The notes below the pieces were generated by a model. It did not search any database and was not told where the DNA came from. It saw only the letters and a program-made list of their open reading frames with translations. A program made the translations under genes and the position numbers. Positions 9,631-18,912 of a DNA stretch of 64,000 bases are shown here, piece after piece. This stretch comes from Clostridiaceae bacterium BRH_c20a. GTDB lineage: Bacteria > Bacillota > Peptococcia > Peptococcales > BICA1-8. Positions within the stretch are counted from its first letter, which is position 1. Every line of letters begins with the position of its first letter. Where the stretch lies: positions 88,541-152,540 of the forward strand of contig LADT01000026.1 in NCBI GenBank assembly GCA_000961765.1, written 5' to 3'.

Positions 9631-10470
9631 GTGCAGATCACAATTTATACTGCAACAGGTTGTACCCGTTGTAAAATTGTTAAGCGTTTTATGGAAGAGC
9701 GGGATATTACCTATGTTGAGAAAGATATGAAGGCAGAGGGTAAGGAAGAATTTCAGAGCTTTTATAAGGCAAATCGCAGTGCAATTTTTCGTGGATCTGA
9801 TGGGATAGAGTTTCCGATTATTACCGATGGAGAAAATATTTGTCAAGGCATTGGAGCCTCAATTGCTTATTTGCATTCCGGAAATAAATTAGATGGTTTC
9901 TTTACTGTGGGTATCCTCCACAAGGAGTGGGTTGATGGCATTCATGTTTCGGGTGGTAATCCTGAAAATGTTGAGGAATTTCTAGCAGTCCTACGGTATT
10001 TAAAAGGGAATAATATGAAACTGCAATTGGATACCAATGGGGGAAATAGCCTTATCCTTCGACAGGTTCTTAAGGAGAACTTAGCTGATATGTTTATAAT
10101 GAATATTCTCGGGCCTAAGCAACTATATTGCCAATTAGCGGGCGGAGATGTTGATATAGATGATATAAAAGCAAGCCTAGCCATTGTATCAAACTTTCCG
10201 AAGTTTAAAATTGAGACTGTTATAGCTCCGGTTACCAGAGAAGATGGCACCATTAGCTATTTAACACCTGAAGAAATTGGTGAAACAGCTAGACTGATTG
10301 AAGAAGGAACAGGTACTAAAAAGAACCCATATTTACTTAAGCTATTTAACCCCAAAGCGGCTGAAGAGCCAAAATTCAGGTCACTAGACCCTCTGCCTAA
10401 TAAACTTATTTTTACCTACAGGACAAAGGCTAGGTCGTATCAAGTTTTTACTGAAATTGATAATATTTAA
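9631..10470 (+). CDS. Glutaredoxin-like (CTRC) domain fused to a radical-SAM-activase-like domain lacking a CxxxCxxC triad
   Basis: The N-terminus ITIYTATGCTRCKIVKRFMEE is Grx/NrdH-like. The C-terminal GIHVSGGNPE...LQLDTNGGN resembles the NrdG/PflA-type fold, but no cluster-binding cysteines are seen. Confidence 0.5.
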   Translation: MQITIYTATGCTRCKIVKRFMEERDITYVEKDMKAEGKEEFQSFYKANRSAIFRGSDGIEFPIITDGENICQGIGASIAYLHSGNKLDGFFTVGILHKEWVDGIHVSGGNPENVEEFLAVLRYLKGNNMKLQLDTNGGNSLILRQVLKENLADMFIMNILGPKQLYCQLAGGDVDIDDIKASLAIVSNFPKFKIETVIAPVTREDGTISYLTPEEIGETARLIEEGTGTKKNPYLLKLFNPKAAEEPKFRSLDPLPNKLIFTYRTKARSYQVFTEIDNI

Positions 10471-10474
10471 CATA

Positions 10475-10511
10475 ATGAGAGGAGGGAAAAATTTATTTTT
10501 CCCTCCTCTCA
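10475..10511 (+). terminator. Rho-independent terminator
   Basis: ATGAGAGGAGGGAAAAAT-tta-TTTTTCCCTCCTCTCAT. Confidence 0.75.
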
Positions 10512-10575
10512 TTTATAGGGAATAAAAAATTTCGTAAGGTCAAAAATAAAAGGGTATGTAATATTTATAAATGGA

Positions 10576-11835
10576 GTGAAAAATTTGAAGGTCTTAACTC
10601 TAACCTGGGAATACCCTCCTCGGACTATAGGTGGGTTAGCAGTACACGTGGCGGGGCTTAGCCATGCAATGGCAAGAAAAGGTGTTGATGTAAATGTTGT
10701 AACTGTGGGAGAAAACCAAGAAAACAGCTATATAGAGCAGGGAGTTTCAGTCCATGCTATCCCCCCATATTTTTTACCTCCTAAAGATTTTATTTCGGAA
10801 ATTCAACATTTAAATTTTAGTTTATTGGAAAAGTCCATCAAATTAATAAATGAATGGGGAAAAGTAGATATTATCCATGCTCATGACTGGTTAGTTGCCT
10901 TTGCAGCTAGAACTTTAAAGCATATATATCAATTACCATTAATTTCTACTATTCATGCCACAGAATACGGGAGAAACAACGGATTGCATACTGATTTGCA
11001 ACGGTATATTAGTAGTGTAGAGTGGTGGTTAACGTATGAGTCTTGGAAAGTACTTGTCTGCAGTAAAGCCATGAAGAGTGAAGTAGCAAATATTTTCCAG
11101 ACACCACAGGATAAAATTGCAGTTATAAATAATGGGATAGATATAAAAAACATAAAGACTTCAAAAGAATCCCTAAGAACTAATTATGCTTCTTCAAATG
11201 AAAAAATTGTGCTTTTTGTTGGTCGTCTAGTACCTGAAAAAGGTGTACAGATTTTAATTGAAGCTTTGCCTAGAGTGCTAACATTTGAACCTAAAACTAA
11301 ACTTTTAATTGCCGGAAAAGGGCCATATGAAAATAGTCTAAAAGACCTGGTTAGAGCAAAAGGATTAGAAAGCAGGGTTAACTTTTTAGGCTTTGTTAAT
11401 GATAAAGAACGGGATGAATTATATCGATATGCAGATTGTATAGCTTTTCCCAGTTTATATGAGCCTTTCGGAATCGTAGCCTTGGAAGGAATGGTTGCGG
11501 GTAGCCCTGTGGTTGTTGCTGATGCGGGAGGATTAAGTGAAATAGTGCAGCACGGAGTAAATGGATTAAAATTTATTCCTGGAAATGCCTATTCTTTGTC
11601 AGAGCAAATAATACGTACTTTTTCCGATATTCCATTAGTAGCCAGGCTGGTTAAAAGGGCACTGGAGGATGTTACAAAAAAGTATTCATGGGATGGGATA
11701 GCTAACCAAACTCTCAATTTATATGAAGAAATTATAGATGAGAGCACCACTACCCAGTGGGTTCCCCCATGGTTTAAAAATAATCATATTTTTCCAGCTG
11801 AGTACTATCCAAAATTTGGGAGGTATGAGGTATGA
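10576..11835 (+). CDS. GT4-family glycosyltransferase (glycogen/alpha-glucan synthase-like)
   Basis: N-terminal GGLAVHV motif and a C-terminal EPFGIVALEGMVAGSPVV (E-x7-E type) motif. Confidence 0.8.
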   Translation: MKNLKVLTLTWEYPPRTIGGLAVHVAGLSHAMARKGVDVNVVTVGENQENSYIEQGVSVHAIPPYFLPPKDFISEIQHLNFSLLEKSIKLINEWGKVDIIHAHDWLVAFAARTLKHIYQLPLISTIHATEYGRNNGLHTDLQRYISSVEWWLTYESWKVLVCSKAMKSEVANIFQTPQDKIAVINNGIDIKNIKTSKESLRTNYASSNEKIVLFVGRLVPEKGVQILIEALPRVLTFEPKTKLLIAGKGPYENSLKDLVRAKGLESRVNFLGFVNDKERDELYRYADCIAFPSLYEPFGIVALEGMVAGSPVVVADAGGLSEIVQHGVNGLKFIPGNAYSLSEQIIRTFSDIPLVARLVKRALEDVTKKYSWDGIANQTLNLYEEIIDESTTTQWVPPWFKNNHIFPAEYYPKFGRYEV

Positions 11836-14243
11836 AAGCAATAATCATGGCAGGGGGAAAAGGTACTAGATTAAAGCCCCTTACCTGTGCAAAACCTAAA
11901 CCTATGGTATATTTAGCAAACAATCCAGTTATGACCCATACTATTGAATTATTAATAAAACATGGCATCACTGATATCGGAGTTACTATAGCCCATATGG
12001 CATCACATATTATGAATTATTATAGTGATGGCAAGGAATATGGAGTAAATTTAAAATATTTTATCGAGGAGACTCCTCTAGGTACTGCTGGTAGTATAAA
12101 AAATGCTCAAGATTTTTTAGATGACACTTTTTTAGTCATTAGCGGTGATGGTTTAACAGATATTGATATCTCAAAAGCGGTAGAATTTCATAAGCAAAGG
12201 AAGTCCCTGGTAACATTAATTCTTACATCTGTAGATAATCCTTTGGATTATGGTATCGTTGTTGCAAAAGAGACCGGTGAAATTATTAGGTTTTTAGAAA
12301 AACCTTCTTGGGGTGAGGTGTTCAGTGATCAAATAAATACAGGTATGTATATTCTAGAACCTGAGGTCTTAGATTATATACCGGCCAAAACCTTTTATGA
12401 TTTTAGTAAAAACCTTTTTCCATTATTGATGGATAAAGGGATTATATTAAATGGCTTTAAAGGGGAAGGTTATTGGTGTGATATCGGTAATTGTCAAGCC
12501 TATCTTCAAGCCCATGTAGATATTCTAATGGACAAAGTTTCAACATACCTTCCATACAAAGAGTATGCACCGAAGGTTTGGGTAGGGGAAAATACAGAAA
12601 TTCATCCCAGTGCTCAATTAAATGCCCCGTTAGTTGTAGGGAATAATTGTTATATTGGCCCTTATGCCTCTATAGGGTCCCATAGTTTTATTGGAGATAA
12701 CTGTGTAATTAATAACTATTCCTCTATAAAACGTTCAGTGTTATGGAATGGTGTGCGGATTGGAAAAGGGGCAGCTATTAGGGGGGCAGTTTTATGTTCT
12801 AATGTAAATATTAAAAATGATACATCAATCTATGAGGGTGCAATTATTGGTAATGAATGTACTTTAAATGAAAATTGTACTATAAAACCTGGTTCAAAAG
12901 TTTGGCCAAGCAAAACAATAGAGGAAGGAACTATACTAAAAGGCAATTTGGTTTGGGGGACTGGAATTTCCAAGAGTCCCTTCGGATACAATGGTATAAA
13001 TGGGCAATTGAATGTAGATTTATATATGGAACAAATTTTGCAAATAGGAAGTGCTTTTGGTTCCATTATTAACAGCTCGTTCGGGAATATAGGAATAGGT
13101 TCAGATGGTACCGCAATTTCTAAGACTATTAAACAGGTTTTAACCAGCGGAATACAAATAGTTGGCCAACAAGTGTATGACTTAGGTGAAATAACATTAC
13201 CTATTTGTAGATTTGCTGTAAATAAAGGTAATTTTGACGGTGGTGTTTATATCCAATTTTGTTCCGATAATGATTTTTTACATATTGCATTTTTAAATGA
13301 GCAGGGAGCAAATATTAGTAAGGGACTAGAGAAAAAAATTGAAAATACATTTAGTATTGATGATTTTCGATATGTATCTAATGAAAAAATAAAAAACGTA
13401 AGAGTATTGGAAAGTATTTATGATCTTTATTTTGCAAATTTAAGAAATCAAATAAAGGGAAAGCTTGATTTTCAAGTTATCTTAACAAGTCCTGCTAAAA
13501 GGCTCAGCCAAAATATAGCAAGTTTATTGGAGGACGCTGGGTGTAGGGTCAATGTCCTAAATGAGGAGCAATTTGCCACTTTTATTAAAGGAAACAAAAA
13601 AGTAGATATAGCAATGAAATTAGATAAACAGGCAGAAAAAATAGTGCTTTTTGATGATCAAAGAAAAGTAATAGATTCGAACCAATTAAAAGTGTTGATA
13701 GCCTATATTCTTTTTAATGATTATAAAGAATTGACTCTAGTAGCTTCAATTGATGAACCTGTAATATTAGAAGGATTAGCCCAAAGATATGGTGGTAATG
13801 TGCTTCGTTGCAAAACTGATTTGAGTAGTCGTATGGAAAATATGTTAAACCAAGGGGAAAGTGGTCATAAACAATTTTTTATGGAATTTGATGGGCTCTA
13901 TGCGGTTCTATATATTCTGGAATTCTTAAGTAGAAAAGAACTAAGCTTATCTAGAGTTATAAATAATTTGCCCCAGTTTTATGTAAATAGAGATATACTT
14001 AGCTGCCCTTGGGAGACTAAAGGTAAAATTATTCGCACACTATTGGAAAATTTTAATGAAGGTAGTATTGACAGTATTGAAGGTGCGAAGTTTAAGCATC
14101 CCAAAGGCGACATCTTAATTTTGCCCGACTTGGAAAAACCTTTAGTTAATATTATTACTGAAAGTAATTTAATGGAAACAGCCCAAGAAATTTCCCAAAG
14201 CTATAAAGAGAAAATTCAAAGATTAATTGCTCATAACAGCTGA
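11832..14243 (+). CDS. Sugar-1-phosphate nucleotidylyltransferase, left-handed beta-helix and phosphohexomutase-like fusion (803 aa)
   Basis: N-terminal MAGGKGTRLKPLT pyrophosphorylase motif, hexapeptide repeats in the middle, and a PGM/PMM-like C-terminal half. Its start overlaps the previous stop (ATGA). Confidence 0.75.
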   Translation: MKAIIMAGGKGTRLKPLTCAKPKPMVYLANNPVMTHTIELLIKHGITDIGVTIAHMASHIMNYYSDGKEYGVNLKYFIEETPLGTAGSIKNAQDFLDDTFLVISGDGLTDIDISKAVEFHKQRKSLVTLILTSVDNPLDYGIVVAKETGEIIRFLEKPSWGEVFSDQINTGMYILEPEVLDYIPAKTFYDFSKNLFPLLMDKGIILNGFKGEGYWCDIGNCQAYLQAHVDILMDKVSTYLPYKEYAPKVWVGENTEIHPSAQLNAPLVVGNNCYIGPYASIGSHSFIGDNCVINNYSSIKRSVLWNGVRIGKGAAIRGAVLCSNVNIKNDTSIYEGAIIGNECTLNENCTIKPGSKVWPSKTIEEGTILKGNLVWGTGISKSPFGYNGINGQLNVDLYMEQILQIGSAFGSIINSSFGNIGIGSDGTAISKTIKQVLTSGIQIVGQQVYDLGEITLPICRFAVNKGNFDGGVYIQFCSDNDFLHIAFLNEQGANISKGLEKKIENTFSIDDFRYVSNEKIKNVRVLESIYDLYFANLRNQIKGKLDFQVILTSPAKRLSQNIASLLEDAGCRVNVLNEEQFATFIKGNKKVDIAMKLDKQAEKIVLFDDQRKVIDSNQLKVLIAYILFNDYKELTLVASIDEPVILEGLAQRYGGNVLRCKTDLSSRMENMLNQGESGHKQFFMEFDGLYAVLYILEFLSRKELSLSRVINNLPQFYVNRDILSCPWETKGKIIRTLLENFNEGSIDSIEGAKFKHPKGDILILPDLEKPLVNIITESNLMETAQEISQSYKEKIQRLIAHNS

Positions 14244-14256
14244 TAATATTTTATAG

Positions 14257-14277
14257 GCAGGCAGAAAGCCTGCTTTT
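14257..14277 (+). terminator. Rho-independent terminator
   Basis: GCAGGC-agaaa-GCCTGC followed by TTTT. Confidence 0.7.
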
Positions 14278-14360
14278 AATTTTTAATAAGTTTCACTTAT
14301 TTTTTTTAAATTTTTTGTAAATACTAAATATGAATAAAAGATAAAGGAGGATTTAAAATT

Positions 14361-14699
14361 ATGTCGATTTGGGATGGACTTTTTAGTAGTACCATTAAAA
14401 CCAGTCCGTTAGCTGCAGAAGGAATAAGTATTGAACCGGATATTCCCAAAATTGGTGAAGAAGTAAGAATAAGTTATGATGGCCTATTGGCCGATAGTGG
14501 GGCGGAGCAGATTTACCTGCACATTGGAAATGAAAATAACTGGCATGATTTAGAGGATATACCGATGATAAAGAGTTCTAACCGTTGGGTTTGTGATTTT
14601 GTTCCGGAATTTAGTGAGGTAAATTTCTGTTTCCATGATAATGCAAATAATTGGGATAATAATAATGGTGCCAATTGGAGTTTAAGGATAGAAGAATAG
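14361..14699 (+). CDS. Small starch/glycogen-binding (CBM-like) protein
   Basis: 112 aa with a GGAGG RBS. The pattern NNWD..NNGANW is typical of starch-binding CBM modules. Confidence 0.5.
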   Translation: MSIWDGLFSSTIKTSPLAAEGISIEPDIPKIGEEVRISYDGLLADSGAEQIYLHIGNENNWHDLEDIPMIKSSNRWVCDFVPEFSEVNFCFHDNANNWDNNNGANWSLRIEE

Positions 14700-14701
14700 A
14701 A

Positions 14702-14729
14702 AAATCGCCCAACCGGGCGATTTTTTTTA
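14702..14729 (+). terminator. Rho-independent terminator
   Basis: AATCGCCC-aacc-GGGCGATT followed by T8. Confidence 0.85.
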
Positions 14730-14756
14730 GGGTAGGTTTTTTAATAAAATTTTTTT

Positions 14757-14799
14757 TGTAGCAATGTAGAACTGTAGCACCAAACTGCGAAGCAGTTTG
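14757..14799. repeat. TGTAGNAN octamer x3 followed by a CAAACTGC-GAA-GCAGTTTG hairpin
   Basis: tgtagcaa tgtagaac tgtagcac. The same octamer family recurs at 63639..63670. Confidence 0.8.
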
Positions 14800-14807
14800 T
14801 TTATTAT

Positions 14808-16583
14808 CTATGGATTAGGAAAATCATATTGGCTAAAACTTTCCGGAATGGCATAAAGTTGATTTTTAGAAGCATAAGCTTTATTGTAAAGGTGATGATA
14901 GTACTCCTTGGCCATCCTTTGAGATGTTAGTTTTTTAATACCCATTTTGATGCTTGATCTCATCATAGTTACCCAACGTTCTTGATCATTATAAAAAATA
15001 GGGATTACTTCATTTAATAATACTTCATAGAATGCTTCAAGATCATGTTGATTTTGATCTCCTGCATTTATATTTTTATTCCAAACTTTATCCAGCAGCC
15101 ACCCACTTTCTTGGTGTTTTACAGCTTCGCCTACCCAGCCATCTATAACACTTATACTTAAAACGCCATTTAATGCCGCCTTCATACCAGATGTTCCACT
15201 GGCTTCCATCGGTCTTAAGGGATTATTGAGCCAAACATCACAACCCTGAACCATGAGTTTTGCTATGTGCATATTATAATTTTCCAGAAACACTATATTG
15301 GGATATTTTTTACTAATGTTTACTATTTCTTGTATTATCCTTTTACCTTCATGGTCATTAGGATGAGCTTTCCCGGAATATACTAATTGGACTTGACCTC
15401 CTTCTAACAATTGGCCTAAAATATCCATCCTCTTAAATATCAGTTCACCACGTTTATAAGCAGCTGCTCTTCTGGCGAAACCTATTGTTAAAACATTGGG
15501 ATTAAGATTAAGATGATTTTTCTCATTTATATAAGCAATTAATTTGTACTTTGCTGCGATGTGTTCAACCCATAAATTGCTGCCTTTTTCAAAAGCATTT
15601 CTAATATTACTGTTTTGCCAGGTTCCCACATGTACTCCATTGGTTATTGCTGTGATTTGGGCAACTCCTGGAATGTGTTCCCACATTCTACGGGCAGTTT
15701 GGCCGTGGAGCTGAGAAACAGCATTTGCTCTATAGGAAAGACGGAGGGCAGCCACAGTCATATTAAAAGGATTACCTCCTAATAACTCCAATTGTTGCTC
15801 TGATAAGCCATTGTGTGCTTCCATAAACATCAATAACCCGAGATCATGGGTTTCATTACCTGCCTCAACGGGTGTATGGGTAGTAAACACTACTTCTTTT
15901 TTTGTCTTTTCCCAAGCCTCATCGAAGGATAGACCATCATTGTCCATTTTTTCTCTAATTAGTTCTAATCCAGCAAATACTGCATGACCTTCATTAAAGT
16001 GATAGACATCAATATCTAGATTTAATGCCCTGAGAGCCCTAATGCCGGCAATTCCAAGGATAATCTCCTGGGCAATCCTATCCTGATCTACGCCTCCATA
16101 AAGCTTTTGAGTTATCCAATCCTGTTCAGTGCTGCCTAAATCTGTATCTAAGAGATATAAAGTGACATTTTGATAAGCCTCTACCTTCCATACTCTACAG
16201 CTAACATCAATGCCTCTTACACGGCAGTTTACAGTAATATTGGTATCAATCAATTTTTCAAAGCTATGGCTAGGATATAGATCATAGGGGTAGCCGTCTT
16301 CACCGATGAGTTGAGTTGTATAATCTTTACGCCATAAAATCCCCACGCCAATGATGGGTAGATCTAGGTCTTTGGCTGCTTTTAGATAATCACCAGCCAG
16401 TATTCCCAAGCCACCGGAGAATATGGGCAAATTGTCATCTAAACCAAATTCCATACAAAAATAAGCTACATTAGGTAACCCTTTATTTTCCAAAGTAATC
16501 CCCCTAGTAATGTTTTCTATATTATTTGTTAGAAGCATATAAAGTATAATCAATTTCCGGAAAGATATTATTTTTTTCGCCAA
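14808..16583 (-). CDS. glgP: Alpha-glucan (glycogen/maltodextrin) phosphorylase, GT35
   Basis: YFCMEFG...GGLGILAGD N-terminus and EASGTSGMKAALNG pyridoxal-phosphate region. The true start is probably the internal Met at 16538, which removes most of the overlap with the upstream gene. Confidence 0.85.
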   Translation of the reverse strand: MAKKIISFRKLIILYMLLTNNIENITRGITLENKGLPNVAYFCMEFGLDDNLPIFSGGLGILAGDYLKAAKDLDLPIIGVGILWRKDYTTQLIGEDGYPYDLYPSHSFEKLIDTNITVNCRVRGIDVSCRVWKVEAYQNVTLYLLDTDLGSTEQDWITQKLYGGVDQDRIAQEIILGIAGIRALRALNLDIDVYHFNEGHAVFAGLELIREKMDNDGLSFDEAWEKTKKEVVFTTHTPVEAGNETHDLGLLMFMEAHNGLSEQQLELLGGNPFNMTVAALRLSYRANAVSQLHGQTARRMWEHIPGVAQITAITNGVHVGTWQNSNIRNAFEKGSNLWVEHIAAKYKLIAYINEKNHLNLNPNVLTIGFARRAAAYKRGELIFKRMDILGQLLEGGQVQLVYSGKAHPNDHEGKRIIQEIVNISKKYPNIVFLENYNMHIAKLMVQGCDVWLNNPLRPMEASGTSGMKAALNGVLSISVIDGWVGEAVKHQESGWLLDKVWNKNINAGDQNQHDLEAFYEVLLNEVIPIFYNDQERWVTMMRSSIKMGIKKLTSQRMAKEYYHHLYNKAYASKNQLYAIPESFSQYDFPNP

Positions 16584-18105
16584 TAACGTCTAACCATCTA
16601 GAATCAATTTGTTTATTTTTTAGATCTTGGTATATTTTAAGAAATCTGCCCAGATGATCTATGGTTCTCTTTTTTGCGTATTCCACCATTGTATTTGTTT
16701 TTATTATAAAAGCCCAGTCACTAGCCTGTGCTAAAAGCAGTTCACGAGCCGCCTGCTCTAAAGCCCTTCTTTCTAATCCAGTGGCATAGGGATAATCATT
16801 AGCTAATTCCTCCATGTACTTAGAGGCTTTATGTAAATGTCTATAGATCCAATCATTGCTACCATTAAGCCATACCTCAAAATATCCTTTATCTCCCCAG
16901 CTAGACATAGCAGGTTGGGCAATATGATTATCTGGGTAATAATTTAGGTATTGGCTTGGTAAAATAGTCCGTATTTTTTTTTGATCATAATAAATTTTCC
17001 TAAATAACATGTCCAACCAGACAGGTCCTTCGAACCACCAGTGACCAAATAATTCACCATCAAACGGTGCTACAATAAGTGGCTTTCTATCCATAAAAGA
17101 ATTTAAGTGCTCCATTTGCTTTTCTCTGTTGAAAATAAAGTTCCCCGCATGCTCCGCTGCTTTTTCTCTTGCGTCCCAAGGGTTATAGAGTTCTTTATAA
17201 TCGCTTTTACCAGTTATTTTATAATACTTGAATCCGGTATTTAATCTAATTCCGTCGGGATGAATAAACTTGGAAATATACTCCAAAGGAAGGTCGTAAC
17301 CTATATCCCGGTAATATTCCCGATAATTAAAATCCCCGGGATAACCTTCATCTTTACTCCATACTTGTTTTGATGATTCGGGATCACGGCCGAAAGCAAT
17401 GACTCCATTTGGGCATTGAATGGGTGCGTAGACACTGTGGTTATAGCTAGGCGGATTAGCATAGACAATGCCGTGGGTATCTAGGAAAAAATACCTTATA
17501 CCATATTTTTTTAATATCTCTTCCAGACCAGGGAGGTAAGCACATTCCGGCAACCACATCCCCTGAGGTGTGTAGTTAAAAAGTTTTTGAAAAACCTGTA
17601 TTGCTGTTGCAATTTGTACTTCAGCTGCCGCTTTTTCCATAAATGGGAGAAATCCATGGGTCGCTGCACAGGTTATTAATTCGATTTTACCCGTGCAATT
17701 TAGGTCTCTGAGTATATTAATAATATTGCCCTGACAACGATCTTGATAGAATTGGTGCATTTTAGATATTCTGTTTTTATACATTTCTACCAAACTGTTT
17801 TCTGCTAATCCTTGAGTACGTTTATTTTCTTTATCTCCCAATTCCAGCAGTTTTTCCATGTGTTTTTGAAATCGATTTTGTAAAAGCGGGTCATTAAGCA
17901 TGGTTAAGAGAGATGGAGAAAAGGATAAAGTGATTTTGTAGTCTACACCATCACTATGTAATTGTTCTAATGTCTGTAAAAGGGGTAAATATGTTTCTAA
18001 AATGGCTTCAAATAGCCAGCGTTCTTCTAAAAACTCAGCATGCTCAGGATGCCTGATAAAGGGTAAGTGATTATGCAAAACGAGAGCAAGAAACCCTTGT
18101 TCCAA
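16522..18105 (-). CDS. GH57-family alpha-glucan enzyme (branching-enzyme-like)
   Basis: N-terminal LVLHNHLPF, and a later GELFGHWWFEGP motif typical of GH57. Confidence 0.8.
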   Translation of the reverse strand: MEQGFLALVLHNHLPFIRHPEHAEFLEERWLFEAILETYLPLLQTLEQLHSDGVDYKITLSFSPSLLTMLNDPLLQNRFQKHMEKLLELGDKENKRTQGLAENSLVEMYKNRISKMHQFYQDRCQGNIINILRDLNCTGKIELITCAATHGFLPFMEKAAAEVQIATAIQVFQKLFNYTPQGMWLPECAYLPGLEEILKKYGIRYFFLDTHGIVYANPPSYNHSVYAPIQCPNGVIAFGRDPESSKQVWSKDEGYPGDFNYREYYRDIGYDLPLEYISKFIHPDGIRLNTGFKYYKITGKSDYKELYNPWDAREKAAEHAGNFIFNREKQMEHLNSFMDRKPLIVAPFDGELFGHWWFEGPVWLDMLFRKIYYDQKKIRTILPSQYLNYYPDNHIAQPAMSSWGDKGYFEVWLNGSNDWIYRHLHKASKYMEELANDYPYATGLERRALEQAARELLLAQASDWAFIIKTNTMVEYAKKRTIDHLGRFLKIYQDLKNKQIDSRWLDVIGEKNNIFPEIDYTLYASNK

Positions 18106-18142
18106 TAGAAATCAATCCTTTCTAACTATATACTGGACTCTT

Positions 18143-18607
18143 TTAGGAAGAAACCCCCGGTTGCCATTTATCAAGGGTTCTTTGGAGAGTATTGTCTAAA
18201 CTTTTTTTCGATAAAAAGTTTAACGATATATAACTATTTAAGCGATTAGAAACTGCTAAAGTAATAAATGTATTGTCAGCCAAAATTCTCCCTAATTCAC
18301 CAAATAGGGGAATACCCCAATTTCCCAGGGAGAAGTACCAGCTTTCGGTATGGTCATTAACTACTATTATTTCCTTATGATCAGGCCATGATAGGCGAAC
18401 AGCTAAGTTAGAACCCTTTAGATTATCTTCACCATATTCTGCAACAATTTCATTAACTTTTTTTTCCGTTACCTCCCAGTAAGCAAATATATTTTGAGGA
18501 TCTCGAATCATCAAAACAATAAATGTCTCTCCGTATTTATCGGGCAAACCGTAGTCAGGCTCCCAATGATCTTGCGTAAAAGTTGGACACTCTTGTAATT
18601 GAAACAT
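18143..18607 (-). CDS. DUF4912-like protein co-transcribed with GH57
   Basis: 154 aa. The LMIRDPQNIFAYWEV motif recalls DUF4912 proteins found beside GH57 genes. Confidence 0.55.
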   Translation of the reverse strand: MFQLQECPTFTQDHWEPDYGLPDKYGETFIVLMIRDPQNIFAYWEVTEKKVNEIVAEYGEDNLKGSNLAVRLSWPDHKEIIVVNDHTESWYFSLGNWGIPLFGELGRILADNTFITLAVSNRLNSYISLNFLSKKSLDNTLQRTLDKWQPGVSS

Positions 18608-18635
18608 TTTTCATACTCCTTTCAAAAAAAATATT

Positions 18636-18795
18636 TTGGACATTCCTCAACCAAAAGATGAATCCTCAAATGTAGTGTCCCCCATTCGTTGGGGACATTC
18701 CTCAACCAAAAAATGAATCCCCAAATGTGGTGTGTCCCATTCGTTGGGGACATTCCTCAACCAAAAATGAATCCCTAAATGAGGTGTGTCCCCCT
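18636..18795. repeat. Three tandem ~55-bp units of a GGGGAC-type palindromic (REP-like) element
   Basis: Units start at 18638, 18691 and 18747. Each reads GGGGACATTCCTCAACC...GTGTCCC. The third unit folds as GGGGACA/TGTCCCC plus CCTCA/TGAGG. Confidence 0.85.
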
Positions 18796-18912
18796 CCTTT
18801 GAATAAGCTTTTTCTTTTGTGACAAAATATTTTATAGACATTGATTATTTATTTCCAAAAAGCTTTTAAAAAATTATAAAAACTAAAAAAATACAAAAAG
18901 GTTAAAAGTTAG

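Noticed and set aside
18636-18795. Possible CRISPR array
   Set aside because: The ~55-bp units are contiguous, with no unique spacers between them. There are only three copies and no cas genes. The units are related to dispersed single hairpins elsewhere in the window.
18647-18841. 64-aa minus-strand ORF with an internally repeated peptide (…NVPNEWDTPHLGIHF… x2)
   Set aside because: It simply translates the three tandem REP-like DNA units. It has no RBS and lies in a divergent promoter region.
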